A DNA stretch of 64,000 nt from Polyangia bacterium (GTDB lineage Bacteria > Myxococcota_A > Polyangia > JAAYKL01): positions 64,001-128,000 of the forward strand of contig JBNKCR010000017.1 of assembly GCA_050287845.1 (NCBI GenBank), read 5' to 3'. Position 1 is the first letter of the stretch; each line of letters starts with the position of its first letter. The notes under the pieces are model-generated. The model had not been told where the DNA came from. It made no database searches and saw only the letters and a program-made list of their open reading frames with translations. Positions 30,701 through 38,846 of the stretch are shown here, in pieces. Made by a program: the position numbers and the translations under genes.

Positions 30701-32031
30701 CCCACCGCCGCAGATTTGTGGTGGAACAGAAAAAAGAATTCGTGGATATTGTCGACACCCGGACCGGTGAACGCATCGATATGCGGGACCCCAGGGTGAC
30801 TTTCATCTGGTCTTCCATGGGGCAATACAACAGCGGCGCCATTGCGGCGGCATCGCGGCGGGCGGGTATCAAATCCATTCATCTGCCGGTGCCCAATGTA
30901 CACACCACCCAGCTGGCCCGGAATGTGGCATCCGGAAAAGAATGCATTCCCTCGCTCATTGTACTGGGGGGAATTCTGCAGTTTTTCGAAACCCACCCGC
31001 CGAATCGGGAAAATGAAATCCTGCTGTTTTACATGCCATCCACATTGGGACCGTGCCGGACCGGTCAGTATTATGTGTTTTACGAAAGACTGTTTGAAGA
31101 GCTGGGATATGAAAACGCCGTCATTCTGGTGTGTGATTCGGCCAATTCATATCGGGAGCTGGGGCAGCAATTTACAAGGGATGCCTGGTGGGGTGTGATT
31201 CTCGGCGACTATTTCACCGATATGCACACGGGGTTGCGCCTGCTGGCCAAAGATGTGGAGGAGGCGCTGCGCATTCTGAAACAGGTATGGAACGACGTGA
31301 TGGATGTCTTTTCCAACAAGGGCGACCTGGACGGCGCGCTGGCGGACGCGGGGCGGATTCTGTCTGCGATTCCCAGGCGGCAGCGGTTGCAGGACCTGAA
31401 AAAAGTGCTGGTGGTGGGAGAAATATACGTTCGACGCGATACTTTTTCTGTCAAGGAAATCAATGATTTCCTTATTTCAAGAAATATATTCCCGAAAGTG
31501 GCGGGCATTTCAGAATGGATTGACTACACGGATCATTGTCGCTGGCGGGGATTGCAGCTGCAGAAATCGGAACTGAAATTCAAGGGACTCATTCGTACCG
31601 GAAAATGGAAAGAGCACGCCATGTATCATGTGGAAGAGTTCTACAAGAACATGGTGATCCACAAAATTTCAAGACACCTCAAACCCACGGGCCTGATTCC
31701 GGATGTCCCCACGGATATGCATGAAATCATAGGGAATACCGAACGATTGTTCCTGGATCCCCGATTGGAAAGCGAAGCCACCTGTTCCTCCGGCGCCGCT
31801 GCCACCGGCATGCTGGACGGCTACGACGGTACCGTCATTATTGCTCCATTTTCGTGTCTGCCAGGCCGCCTGGTGGAAGGGGTGTATGGACCCTGGGCCC
31901 GACGAAACAATTTTCCGTACATTTCCCTTGAAAACGACGGTCAGCCCTATGCACCGGGGGTGGTGGCCCGAATGGAAATCTTTGCCCACAATGTGTCGAG
32001 ATTTCAGAAAAAATCGGGTTCTAATATTTAG
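27775..32031 (+). CDS. Fused CoA-substrate-specific activase x2 + DUF2229/dehydratase-like domains (PlsAR/Ger-like architecture)
   Basis: Two ASKHA ATPase modules (GIDIGSTSVK...CASGTG...CSVF; GVDGGSTTTK...CSAGTG...CSAF), CxxCxxxC linker, C-terminal Cys motifs CFP, CAPD, ECIP, GPCR, FSCLP. Confidence 0.88.
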   Translation: MQRDLIGIDIGSTSVKIVRLQGSISMAQHAVMAHDGNVPHTVNVCLEKLGVTDTCRPLALVTGTEGRFRLNLPEVIAPSAIEYALTGLNLNANALVCMGGEDLVVYVLNDAGQITSTFSGNKCASGTGEFFRQQLGRMNLATDDIETVARDATLQKLSSRCSVFMKSDCTHKLNKGEATPGDIALSLSKIMADKVSDFLTKTRIESGTVVLTGGVTQNPFIRKYVVEAWPNLNIEVPAESPYFEALGAALLAEEFGAPLPPAQDRFTNKEILSYDTYPSIRSYADKVRYMPSMRGVYDPDAEYILGVDGGSTTTKVALVNARTNEIVAAHYGRTHGNPVQTTRVCIEEVKKQIGLDANPRISLVSTTGSSRELLGVFLGTGAVFNEIVAHTTGTTFFDKEVDTIFEIGGQDAKYVSINNNVPIDYAMNEACSAGTGSFLEESCKGDLNINEASEIGPIAMNAEAPLKFGEHCSAFINSDIRKSIQQGARRENIVAGLIFSIVSNYLNRVSGNRRVGNHVMLQGGVAKNPAVPLAFAQLTGKDIVVPPDPELMGCFGVALLAARKADEGFIEKGDFTLDGLLHNEILTRGSFVCKSCDNYCTIRRLEVNGTKYPFGGRCSKFTNMRRKKKDSDEAVNYVAVRTRMLFEQFAPPPDVHKDAPVSVGVPMAFSVHSLWPLYSWFFHELGVNLIQSTRILADGIARIESNYCFPSEIAHGALADVLEKDPDFLFMPFFLKMPSMEEGDVHATVCPLTQGMPFFLKQAFELSEDRILRPAVDMKNHLRDSGREFEQIAMRMGFTREQGAAAYEKGVQQYEAYLTEYRALGKRVLEEVAAHPENKYICLLGRPYNAFTRDANMGIPRKILSNGVSVIPFDMIYEPDAKIFPNMYWYYGQQDMKAVRKTAEVPNLYPVWISNFSCAPDSFMLHYLRWMMGQKPYLVLEIDSHSADAGVDTRIEAFLDIIDSFRKGGFEANVKPHRRRFVVEQKKEFVDIVDTRTGERIDMRDPRVTFIWSSMGQYNSGAIAAASRRAGIKSIHLPVPNVHTTQLARNVASGKECIPSLIVLGGILQFFETHPPNRENEILLFYMPSTLGPCRTGQYYVFYERLFEELGYENAVILVCDSANSYRELGQQFTRDAWWGVILGDYFTDMHTGLRLLAKDVEEALRILKQVWNDVMDVFSNKGDLDGALADAGRILSAIPRRQRLQDLKKVLVVGEIYVRRDTFSVKEINDFLISRNIFPKVAGISEWIDYTDHCRWRGLQLQKSELKFKGLIRTGKWKEHAMYHVEEFYKNMVIHKISRHLKPTGLIPDVPTDMHEIIGNTERLFLDPRLESEATCSSGAAATGMLDGYDGTVIIAPFSCLPGRLVEGVYGPWARRNNFPYISLENDGQPYAPGVVARMEIFAHNVSRFQKKSGSNI

Positions 32032-32074
32032 GCGCCGACCCAGAGAGCGGTCACTTCATGATCTCTCTTCCTGA

Positions 32075-32096
32075 ATTGTGCACACATCTGCACAAT
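32075..32096. promoter_or_regulatory. Inverted repeat ATTGTGCA-N6-TGCACAAT upstream of the Fic gene
   Basis: Perfect 8-bp arms read from the sequence. Confidence 0.4.
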
Positions 32097-32216
32097 GATT
32101 CTATCGGGACTGTACTATTACACGGAGTCGTCAGAACGCCGGGCGCTGCCTGTTCGGAAAAATGTAATATTTATGGATAGTTCCTCAATACAAGCATTCC
32201 GTATTCCAGAATTTTG

Positions 32217-32245
32217 TTTACAATCGGGTCAATAATTCGTATTCT
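32217..32245 (+). promoter_or_regulatory. Candidate sigma70 promoter TTTACA-17-TATTCT for the Fic gene
   Basis: Both hexamers close to consensus with 17-bp spacing, about 40 bp before the ATG. Confidence 0.4.
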
Positions 32246-32285
32246 CTAAAAACTGGAAAACGTAACGAGGCAGAGTTCATTGAGA

Positions 32286-33080
32286 ATGAGACGATTTCAC
32301 ATTGAGAATGAAACATTAATCGCCCAGTTTGATAAAGTGGACGACAGAGCTGAGGAAGTTCGGTCTCTGATGGAATGTGTTTCCAATGAGGAACTGTTTG
32401 ACCTGTGGAATCAGCTGGACATCTCTGCCATCTATCACGATTGCGCGCTGGAAGGAGAAGTGATTTCTCCCGATGAACTGAACTCCGCCCTGGATCCCCG
32501 GGCTGTCACTGATGCCACCAATCTGGGATTGTATGCGGCCATCAAGAAGCACAAAAAAGCCTTCGAAATGTGCCGGGAACATGCCCGGATGCCAGTGCTG
32601 GAAATCAACATGTCTCTGCTTAAAACCTTCAATCTGATTTTCAGTCCGCTCGATGTGGACCATTCCCGGGATGGTTTCCGTACTGAAATTCCGTTACATC
32701 GCACCTATTTTCATGAAATCAATCAGGCAGAGGAAATCCGAAGCAATATGAATGATTTCATTGTCTGGGCCAACGAGGAACTGGAAAAGAGCCCCCATCC
32801 GTTTTCGTATGCCGCCCGTATGCATCATCGGTTCATGCACATTTTTCCCTATCCGGAAACCTCCGGTAAAGTAGGTCGCGCCGTGATGAATATTTTCCTG
32901 ATGCGAAACGGCTTTCTGCCCGCCGTGGTTCACGCCACGGAGCGACAGCGGTATTATGAAGCCATTCGCAACTCTCACCAGGATTTGGCCGCATTGCTGG
33001 TGGACTCCGAAATGGCATCTCTGGAATCCGCAATCCGTTATCTGAGACGGGTTATCGTTCGTAAACCGGCAGTCCGATAG
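32286..33080 (+). CDS. Fic/Fido-family protein with degenerate catalytic loop
   Basis: IYHDCALEG, HHRFMHIFPYPETSGKVGRAVMN..L...G..P, RQRYYEAI: Fic scaffold. Confidence 0.8.
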   Translation: MRRFHIENETLIAQFDKVDDRAEEVRSLMECVSNEELFDLWNQLDISAIYHDCALEGEVISPDELNSALDPRAVTDATNLGLYAAIKKHKKAFEMCREHARMPVLEINMSLLKTFNLIFSPLDVDHSRDGFRTEIPLHRTYFHEINQAEEIRSNMNDFIVWANEELEKSPHPFSYAARMHHRFMHIFPYPETSGKVGRAVMNIFLMRNGFLPAVVHATERQRYYEAIRNSHQDLAALLVDSEMASLESAIRYLRRVIVRKPAVR

Positions 33081-33109
33081 CGGCCGAATATCATATTCGA
33101 ATCGGGATA

Positions 33110-34030
33110 TTACAGAATGGGCCGCATGACGGTGGGCATGAACGTGATCACGAACAGCAGCAGGCAGGTGATACCGATGACACGACCGGTGGTGGAGAGC
33201 GTGTTATCGTCGGTGGGGGGATGATAGAAGCCCCGCTTCCGGAACACGAGGAACATGATACCCCCTAAGAATACCCAGCTGAACCCCGGAATCGCCGCAT
33301 TGACAATATCTTCACCGGTCAGATTTCTCTGCCATGCGTCATGGGCGTAATATGCGGCGACGCCGGTGCCGAAAACAAAGAGCAGACGATGAAAAAGAAT
33401 GGAGACTTTTGCGTGCAGTTCCCCGAACAGCGCATAAAAAATGTGTCCGCCGTCCAGCTGTCCGATGGGAAGCATGTTGAGCATGGTAATCAGCATGCCG
33501 AACCATCCGGCAAACGCCATCGGTGAGTTGTTGATGAGGATGTCCTTGCCTTCGGGCAGCGGGCCGAACACCACGTATTTGGCAAAAATATACAGCAGGG
33601 ATTGTCCCTCCATGTATCCCGCGTTCGATGCATCGATGATGGGACATTGATGCAATCCGATAAACAGCAGGGGAATCGCCACCAGCATTCCGGCCAGGGG
33701 ACCGGCGGCTCCCACTTCCATAAGCGCTTCCCTGGACTGGATTCTTCCCCGCATGACGATGACGGCTCCCATGGTGCCAAACAGGGAAACCACCGGCGGG
33801 ATGGGAATAAAGTAGGGCAGGGATGCATCCACCCGGTTTTTTTGCGCCATGATATAATGGCCGGCTTCGTGGGCCACCAGGATGCCCATCAGACTCAGGG
33901 CGAATATCACGCCATTGGAGATAGCCTGGGCGTCGGTTTGGGCGTTCAGATGCAGGACTCCGGCAAAAAATACCATCACCACGGTGACCACGAACAGAAT
34001 GATGTTGACGACAGGGTTTCTCTTTTTCAT
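33110..34030 (-). CDS. Site-2 protease family (M50) membrane metalloprotease
   Basis: AHEAGH, GAAGPLAG, LNMLPIGQLDGGH. Confidence 0.92.
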   Translation of the reverse strand: MKKRNPVVNIILFVVTVVMVFFAGVLHLNAQTDAQAISNGVIFALSLMGILVAHEAGHYIMAQKNRVDASLPYFIPIPPVVSLFGTMGAVIVMRGRIQSREALMEVGAAGPLAGMLVAIPLLFIGLHQCPIIDASNAGYMEGQSLLYIFAKYVVFGPLPEGKDILINNSPMAFAGWFGMLITMLNMLPIGQLDGGHIFYALFGELHAKVSILFHRLLFVFGTGVAAYYAHDAWQRNLTGEDIVNAAIPGFSWVFLGGIMFLVFRKRGFYHPPTDDNTLSTTGRVIGITCLLLFVITFMPTVMRPIL

Positions 34031-34147
34031 ATCAGAAAGCGGCGTTCCTCTCATCACCGGGGCGACACAGGGCCCCAGCGCGTTCTGCACGGTTATTACA
34101 ATGTCAGCGCGTATTTGGCCAGAGACGATACGAAAAAAGGCAGGTGC

Positions 34148-34172
34148 GGATTTTTAGTCGGTCTAAAAATCC
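34148..34172. promoter_or_regulatory. Perfect inverted repeat GGATTTTTAG-N5-CTAAAAATCC in a divergent intergenic region
   Basis: 10-bp arms read directly. Confidence 0.45.
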
Positions 34173-34422
34173 TTTATTCGGGGGCTCCAGCCAGGGTGTC
34201 ATCTGCGATTAGGTACAGGAACGGATATCAGGGAAAATTCTTAGAGGCGAAAACGGACCGTTGCCAATTTCGCAGGTGCACAGTGTGTGGGCTGAAAGTT
34301 TCGCAGACGTGCCCACCGGACCCGCCATTTCCGGTTTTTTATGCTAAATTCTGATGGTATATTGCGTTCCCGGGGGCGCTGCCGATACTACTTGCGACTG
34401 TTGAAAGGAAACGGGACAACTG

Positions 34423-35199
34423 ATGAAGCGATTTACCGACAAAACTGTATTGATCACTGGTGCGGGGCAGGGGATTGGATTTGAGATTGCGAGGCAGTTT
34501 CATCTGGAGGGCGCCACGGTGTTGCTCAACGATATTGATGAAGCGCTTTGCCGGGACGCGGCGAGGCGCATTGATGGGTCGCTTTCGACCTGCATTCCAT
34601 TTCCGGGGGACAGCGGAGATGTTGGCTTTATTGGTGATACCTTCTCAAAAATCGAAGCGCGGTTTCCCACCCTGGACGTGGTCATTGCCAATACGGGTTT
34701 TTCGCTGTTCCGGACGTTTCTGGACATGACGCCGGAGGCCCTGCGAAATGTGATGCGGGTCAATATTGAAGGCAGCTTTTTTCTGCTCCAGTACGCGGCC
34801 AGAAAAATGATTCATACCGGGATCCGGGGAAGGCTGATTGTGATGTCATCGGTGACCGGACAGCGGGCCCATCGGGAGCTCACCGCGTACGGGATGACCA
34901 AGGGCGCCCTGGAAACCCTGGTCAGAAACCTGGTGGTGGAACTGTCGGAATACGGATTGACCGTGAACGCCATTGCGCCGGGAGCCACCCTCACCGAACG
35001 CACCCTGTCCGATGCGTCATACCGGGCTACCTGGGAGGCGCTGACGCCCCTGGGCAAAGCCGCATCCACCGTGGACATCGCAAACACCGCCCTGTTTCTG
35101 GCTTCTGACGCCGCGGCCCACATCACCGGACAGACGATTGTGGTCGACGGCGGCTGGACCGCCATCAGTCCCGGCCCGGAAACCGTGGCCAACCGCTGA
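34423..35199 (+). CDS. SDR family oxidoreductase
   Basis: TGAGQGIG, YGMTK, VNAIAPG, ITGQTIVVDGG. Confidence 0.93.
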   Translation: MKRFTDKTVLITGAGQGIGFEIARQFHLEGATVLLNDIDEALCRDAARRIDGSLSTCIPFPGDSGDVGFIGDTFSKIEARFPTLDVVIANTGFSLFRTFLDMTPEALRNVMRVNIEGSFFLLQYAARKMIHTGIRGRLIVMSSVTGQRAHRELTAYGMTKGALETLVRNLVVELSEYGLTVNAIAPGATLTERTLSDASYRATWEALTPLGKAASTVDIANTALFLASDAAAHITGQTIVVDGGWTAISPGPETVANR

Positions 35200-35292
35200 T
35201 ACGTTCAATTGGGATTTTTTTGTTGAAATCGGCTGTGGGAACTCTGGCAAGGGTTCAATTGGTTGCGGAGGGGAAAGTGGGGGACGGGAGAT

Positions 35293-36444
35293 TCAGCCGC
35301 TGAACTTCGTGCCGCATTCGCCGCAGAATTTGGCGCCCGGCGGCAGTTTGTTGCCGCAGTTACTGCAGAATTTGGGGCCGGTGGGTAATGGGGTGCCGCA
35401 CTCCGCGCAGAACTTGCCCGGGGAGACGGTTTTATTACAGGCCGGACAGGTGACACCGGCAGGCTGCGGAGCGCTCTGACCGGATGCGCCATCGAGCCGT
35501 CCGGGATTGGTGGGCGGCGGTCCGGGTTGTGGGTTGTTGGCAGTCCCCTGGTTCTGGAACATGTTGGCCATGCCGAACCCGACTCCCAGCGCTGCGCCTC
35601 CCAGCATGGCGTTGCCATCGCCCCCGGCGCCCCCGCCGCCCTGGGACATTCCCTCGCCGGCACCCATCATGGCCTTGCCCGCAGCGAACTGCTGGAATCC
35701 CTGCATGCCACCGGCCATCCGAACATACGCGGCATCGGTGTACAGGTCTTTGAGCTTTCGCTCGTCTTCTTCTTTGATGCCCAGTACAAAATTTCCCAGC
35801 TGTACAATGCGAACCCCGTATGAATCCACGTATTTTTTCACGCCGGAAAGAACCGTCTCTTCAATTTCCTCGGTGTAGGCACCGGATACCACGTCCAGCA
35901 GGGGCCATCCCTGTTTGACAATCAGTTCGGCGGTCTGATCCCGAATCACTTTAAGGACCTGTTGTTTGAACCAGTCAAAAAATGATTCGTTTTCCGTCTG
36001 TTGCATCCCGGTGAGTCCGAGAATGAGGGCTTCGGGATTGGTAATCTGCAGGGCGAAATCTCCGTGCACCATGGTTTCCACGGGCACGCCGGATTTGGGG
36101 TCTTCGACGGAACCGATGCGCCCGCCGAATTTGATACCGGTAAATTGACGGGTGGAAATGAAGTACAGTTCCGAAATGAAGACGTTGGCACCGGTGAAGC
36201 TGTCCACCAGATTCGAAAGGAAGGGAATATTCTGGGAACTCAGGGTGTGACGGCCCGGCGTGATTTTGCCTTCCACTTTGCCGTCCTTGAAAAAGATGGC
36301 CACCTCGTCCGAATCAACGGTCAGCTGGGCGTGGTTCGGAATGGTCTGGTCCGGATGCTTGTAGATGGCATACTGCTTGGCCGAATCCGGCCGGGCAATC
36401 ATCAGCTCCTGCACACCGCGTTTGATAAAATTCATTACTCCCAT
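35293..36444 (-). CDS. SPFH/band-7 domain protein (YdjI-like) with C-terminal double zinc ribbon
   Basis: QLTV..DEVAIFFKDG...PGRHTL...NIP.L; Gly-rich linker; four CxxC with KFCxECG repeats; RBS GGAGG. Confidence 0.88.
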   Translation of the reverse strand: MGVMNFIKRGVQELMIARPDSAKQYAIYKHPDQTIPNHAQLTVDSDEVAIFFKDGKVEGKITPGRHTLSSQNIPFLSNLVDSFTGANVFISELYFISTRQFTGIKFGGRIGSVEDPKSGVPVETMVHGDFALQITNPEALILGLTGMQQTENESFFDWFKQQVLKVIRDQTAELIVKQGWPLLDVVSGAYTEEIEETVLSGVKKYVDSYGVRIVQLGNFVLGIKEEDERKLKDLYTDAAYVRMAGGMQGFQQFAAGKAMMGAGEGMSQGGGGAGGDGNAMLGGAALGVGFGMANMFQNQGTANNPQPGPPPTNPGRLDGASGQSAPQPAGVTCPACNKTVSPGKFCAECGTPLPTGPKFCSNCGNKLPPGAKFCGECGTKFSG

Positions 36445-36530
36445 GAAATCCTCCCTGCAAACTTCGTTGATACCGAGATGAACGTTCAGCATTGGCTTTC
36501 AATGCAACATTTCTCTTTTCAGCAGAACAA

Positions 36531-36560
36531 ATAATAAGACCGAAATCCCCGTGAAGTCAA
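36531..36560 (-). promoter_or_regulatory. Candidate sigma70 promoter TTGACT-18-TATTAT for the SPFH gene
   Basis: Each hexamer one mismatch from consensus, about 85 bp upstream of the start. Confidence 0.35.
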
Positions 36561-36799
36561 ACAATGAAAATCCATTAAAATTTGCTTTGAAATTTGCTCC
36601 AGACTGCTGGCGGCCCTGGGCGTTGCCCCTGAAATTCCATTTCTGACAATAAAAGAAATCTGATTCTGTTGGTCTGATAATTTCTAAACAAAGTTTTCTT
36701 TCTCTGTTAATATCGGGCCAGTTCCGGTCGTTATCGGGAGACAGTGATTAATGATTAAAGGAGCCAACTCCGGCCAGAATGCCTTTCAGGAGAAATATA

Positions 36800-37978
36800 A
36801 TGATAAAGTTTCGGATTGTTTATTTGCTTTGCTTCAGCGCGCTCTGCGCTGCCTGTGGCAGCGCTTCCCCTTCTGCCGCAACGGGTAGCACCACGGCATC
36901 TTCAGATATGGCAGACGACGATGTGCAAGCCGGGCGACTTACCGCGGACGATGTGTATCGGGCCGAGCTATTGAACGGCGAGTTCACCGATGAGGTGGAT
37001 GAAAAGCGCTATCGCGCCATTGGCAATGTCCTGAGTGAAGTCAACCCGAGGCAGCGGATTGTGTATTTTGTCGGCAAACTGCGGCGGGTGCCCACTCAGG
37101 CGAAGATTCAGGTGCTCTGGTATCACAACCAGGTGGCCGAACCCATGGTGGTGAGCGATGTGTACGGCTCTGACACCTTTTCTTTTGTTTCTTCGTTCAC
37201 CCCACCGGGGCCCAAATTCATTCCCGGGGATTACACGGTCCAGGTTACGGTGAACGACCGGGTGGTGGGCACAAGAGAATTCAGGGTAAAAGGGGTGGAT
37301 CCCTTCAGCGCGGGCCTTCAGGTGTCCGGGTTGAAAATATCCAGAAAACTGCACAAGCGGACCATGGCTCCCATCAAGCCCGAAACCCGGTTCAATGCCG
37401 CATCCCGGTTGCATGCGAGCTTCCGGGTGAAAAACTGTATGTCGCCCACATCGCTTACAGTTAACTGGTATCGCGGTGGCAGTCTGTTCAGTGAGTCCAC
37501 CATTTCTGTGGATGGCAATGGCATGTTCAATGCCAACGTGGAATCTCCCGACGGATTGCCCAATGGGGTGTATACAGTGGCAGTGGAACACGAAGACATG
37601 GTGATTGCGGAAACCAGGTTTTCAGTGGGAAAGGAATCCTTTGGACCGGTGATTGACGCCATTGCATTGGGCGAAGAACCGGGGCGCGGCACCATGCCGA
37701 AGCAGGAGGTCAGCCAGTTCCGCAAAGGACTCGGGGCCGTATATCTGGGACTGCGATTCCTTGATTTGGAACCCAATTCAGAAATTCAGGTGGACTGGGT
37801 GTTGCTGGACGGCAGTGCGGAGTCGGTGTATCACACCGTGAAATCCCATGTGGCAGCCGGTGGAAGTGGCACCATGGGCGCCGAGTGGTCTCCCGGCGAA
37901 ATTTATCCGGGCAGCTACAAAGTTGTGGTGTACATCAACAAAGAACCCGCCGCCGAAAAAGAATTCACCGTTCAATAA
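36800..37978 (+). CDS. Lipoprotein with three tandem Ig-like domains
   Basis: Lipobox CAAC; three repeats of V.W...G.Y.V.V........F.V; RBS AGGAG. Confidence 0.7.
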   Translation: MIKFRIVYLLCFSALCAACGSASPSAATGSTTASSDMADDDVQAGRLTADDVYRAELLNGEFTDEVDEKRYRAIGNVLSEVNPRQRIVYFVGKLRRVPTQAKIQVLWYHNQVAEPMVVSDVYGSDTFSFVSSFTPPGPKFIPGDYTVQVTVNDRVVGTREFRVKGVDPFSAGLQVSGLKISRKLHKRTMAPIKPETRFNAASRLHASFRVKNCMSPTSLTVNWYRGGSLFSESTISVDGNGMFNANVESPDGLPNGVYTVAVEHEDMVIAETRFSVGKESFGPVIDAIALGEEPGRGTMPKQEVSQFRKGLGAVYLGLRFLDLEPNSEIQVDWVLLDGSAESVYHTVKSHVAAGGSGTMGAEWSPGEIYPGSYKVVVYINKEPAAEKEFTVQ

Positions 37979-38175
37979 TTTCCGCAACCAGCCGTTTCCA
38001 GCGCTATCCCGGGTTTCATCCGTCAAGTGTGCCCTGACGGATTCGAAAAAAACAGACACAGATGTTTCGATATTGCATGTTTCTGGATGATACGGAATAA
38101 TTTCACTTCAAAAAAAAAGAAATCAATTGAAGTGGAGCGAATCATTCGTGAGAAAAACTCAGGAGGGAGCAAATA

Positions 38176-38811
38176 ATGAGAAATTTCTATTTGTGGGTCC
38201 TGGCAGTGCTGATCATCCCGGGAATATGCACATGGATGGCATGCAGTTCGGATGGAGACAAGAAGGGTGAATCGGATGCAGACTCGGATACCGACTCGGA
38301 CACTGACTCGGACACTGACTCGGATGCGGATACGGATACAGATACGGATTCGGTCTCGGACGGTGATTTGACTGAAGCAGAAGTGGAAGGTTGCCAGAAT
38401 ATGTGCGACATGTCCGACGCATGTGTGGGTGCAGATGTCAGTGGATACACGCTTTCCGAGTGCAATGCCGGCTGTGAGACAGATGCCGTGGCGAATGAAC
38501 TCTTTGACTGTACGTTGGCGTGCAACATGTATACTGACTGTGACGAATGGGGGCAATGTATAATGGACTGCAGTCTGGTGGGCAATGAGGGCGACTTCAC
38601 CGAAGATGAAACCCGGGAGTGTAAAGAGTTCTGTACGCGTATGGACGACTGCCTCGGCGAGTCCGCGACCGTCGTCAGTCTGGCCGACTGCAATGCCCTC
38701 TGTGATATGGGGGGTGAAGCCGATTCCTACTTCAATTGCGCTGTTGGTTGCAATTCACAACAGACCTGTGACGACTGGAAAGTTTGTTTTCTCGGTTGTG
38801 ATGCGAACTGA
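38176..38811 (+). CDS. Cys-rich lipoprotein: D-S/T linker plus two 10-Cys repeats
   Basis: Lipobox WMAC, (DSDT)n tract, two repeats with identical Cys spacing; strong RBS. Confidence 0.75.
   Translation: MRNFYLWVLAVLIIPGICTWMACSSDGDKKGESDADSDTDSDTDSDTDSDADTDTDTDSVSDGDLTEAEVEGCQNMCDMSDACVGADVSGYTLSECNAGCETDAVANELFDCTLACNMYTDCDEWGQCIMDCSLVGNEGDFTEDETRECKEFCTRMDDCLGESATVVSLADCNALCDMGGEADSYFNCAVGCNSQQTCDDWKVCFLGCDAN
38281..38352 (+). repeat. Six degenerate 12-bp tandem repeats (GACTCGGAYACY-like) encoding DSDT/DTDT
   Basis: gactcggatacc gactcggacact gactcggacact gactcggatgcg gatacggataca gatacggattcg. Confidence 0.85.
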
Positions 38812-38846
38812 TTCCGTTCGGGCCAACTGAAGTATCAGGTTTTTCT

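Noticed and set aside
32286..33080. Fic toxin-antitoxin pair
   Set aside because: No small antitoxin ORF upstream and the catalytic His is absent
38281..38352. Possible CRISPR array
   Set aside because: 12-bp units without spacers, in frame within a lipoprotein gene; no cas genes
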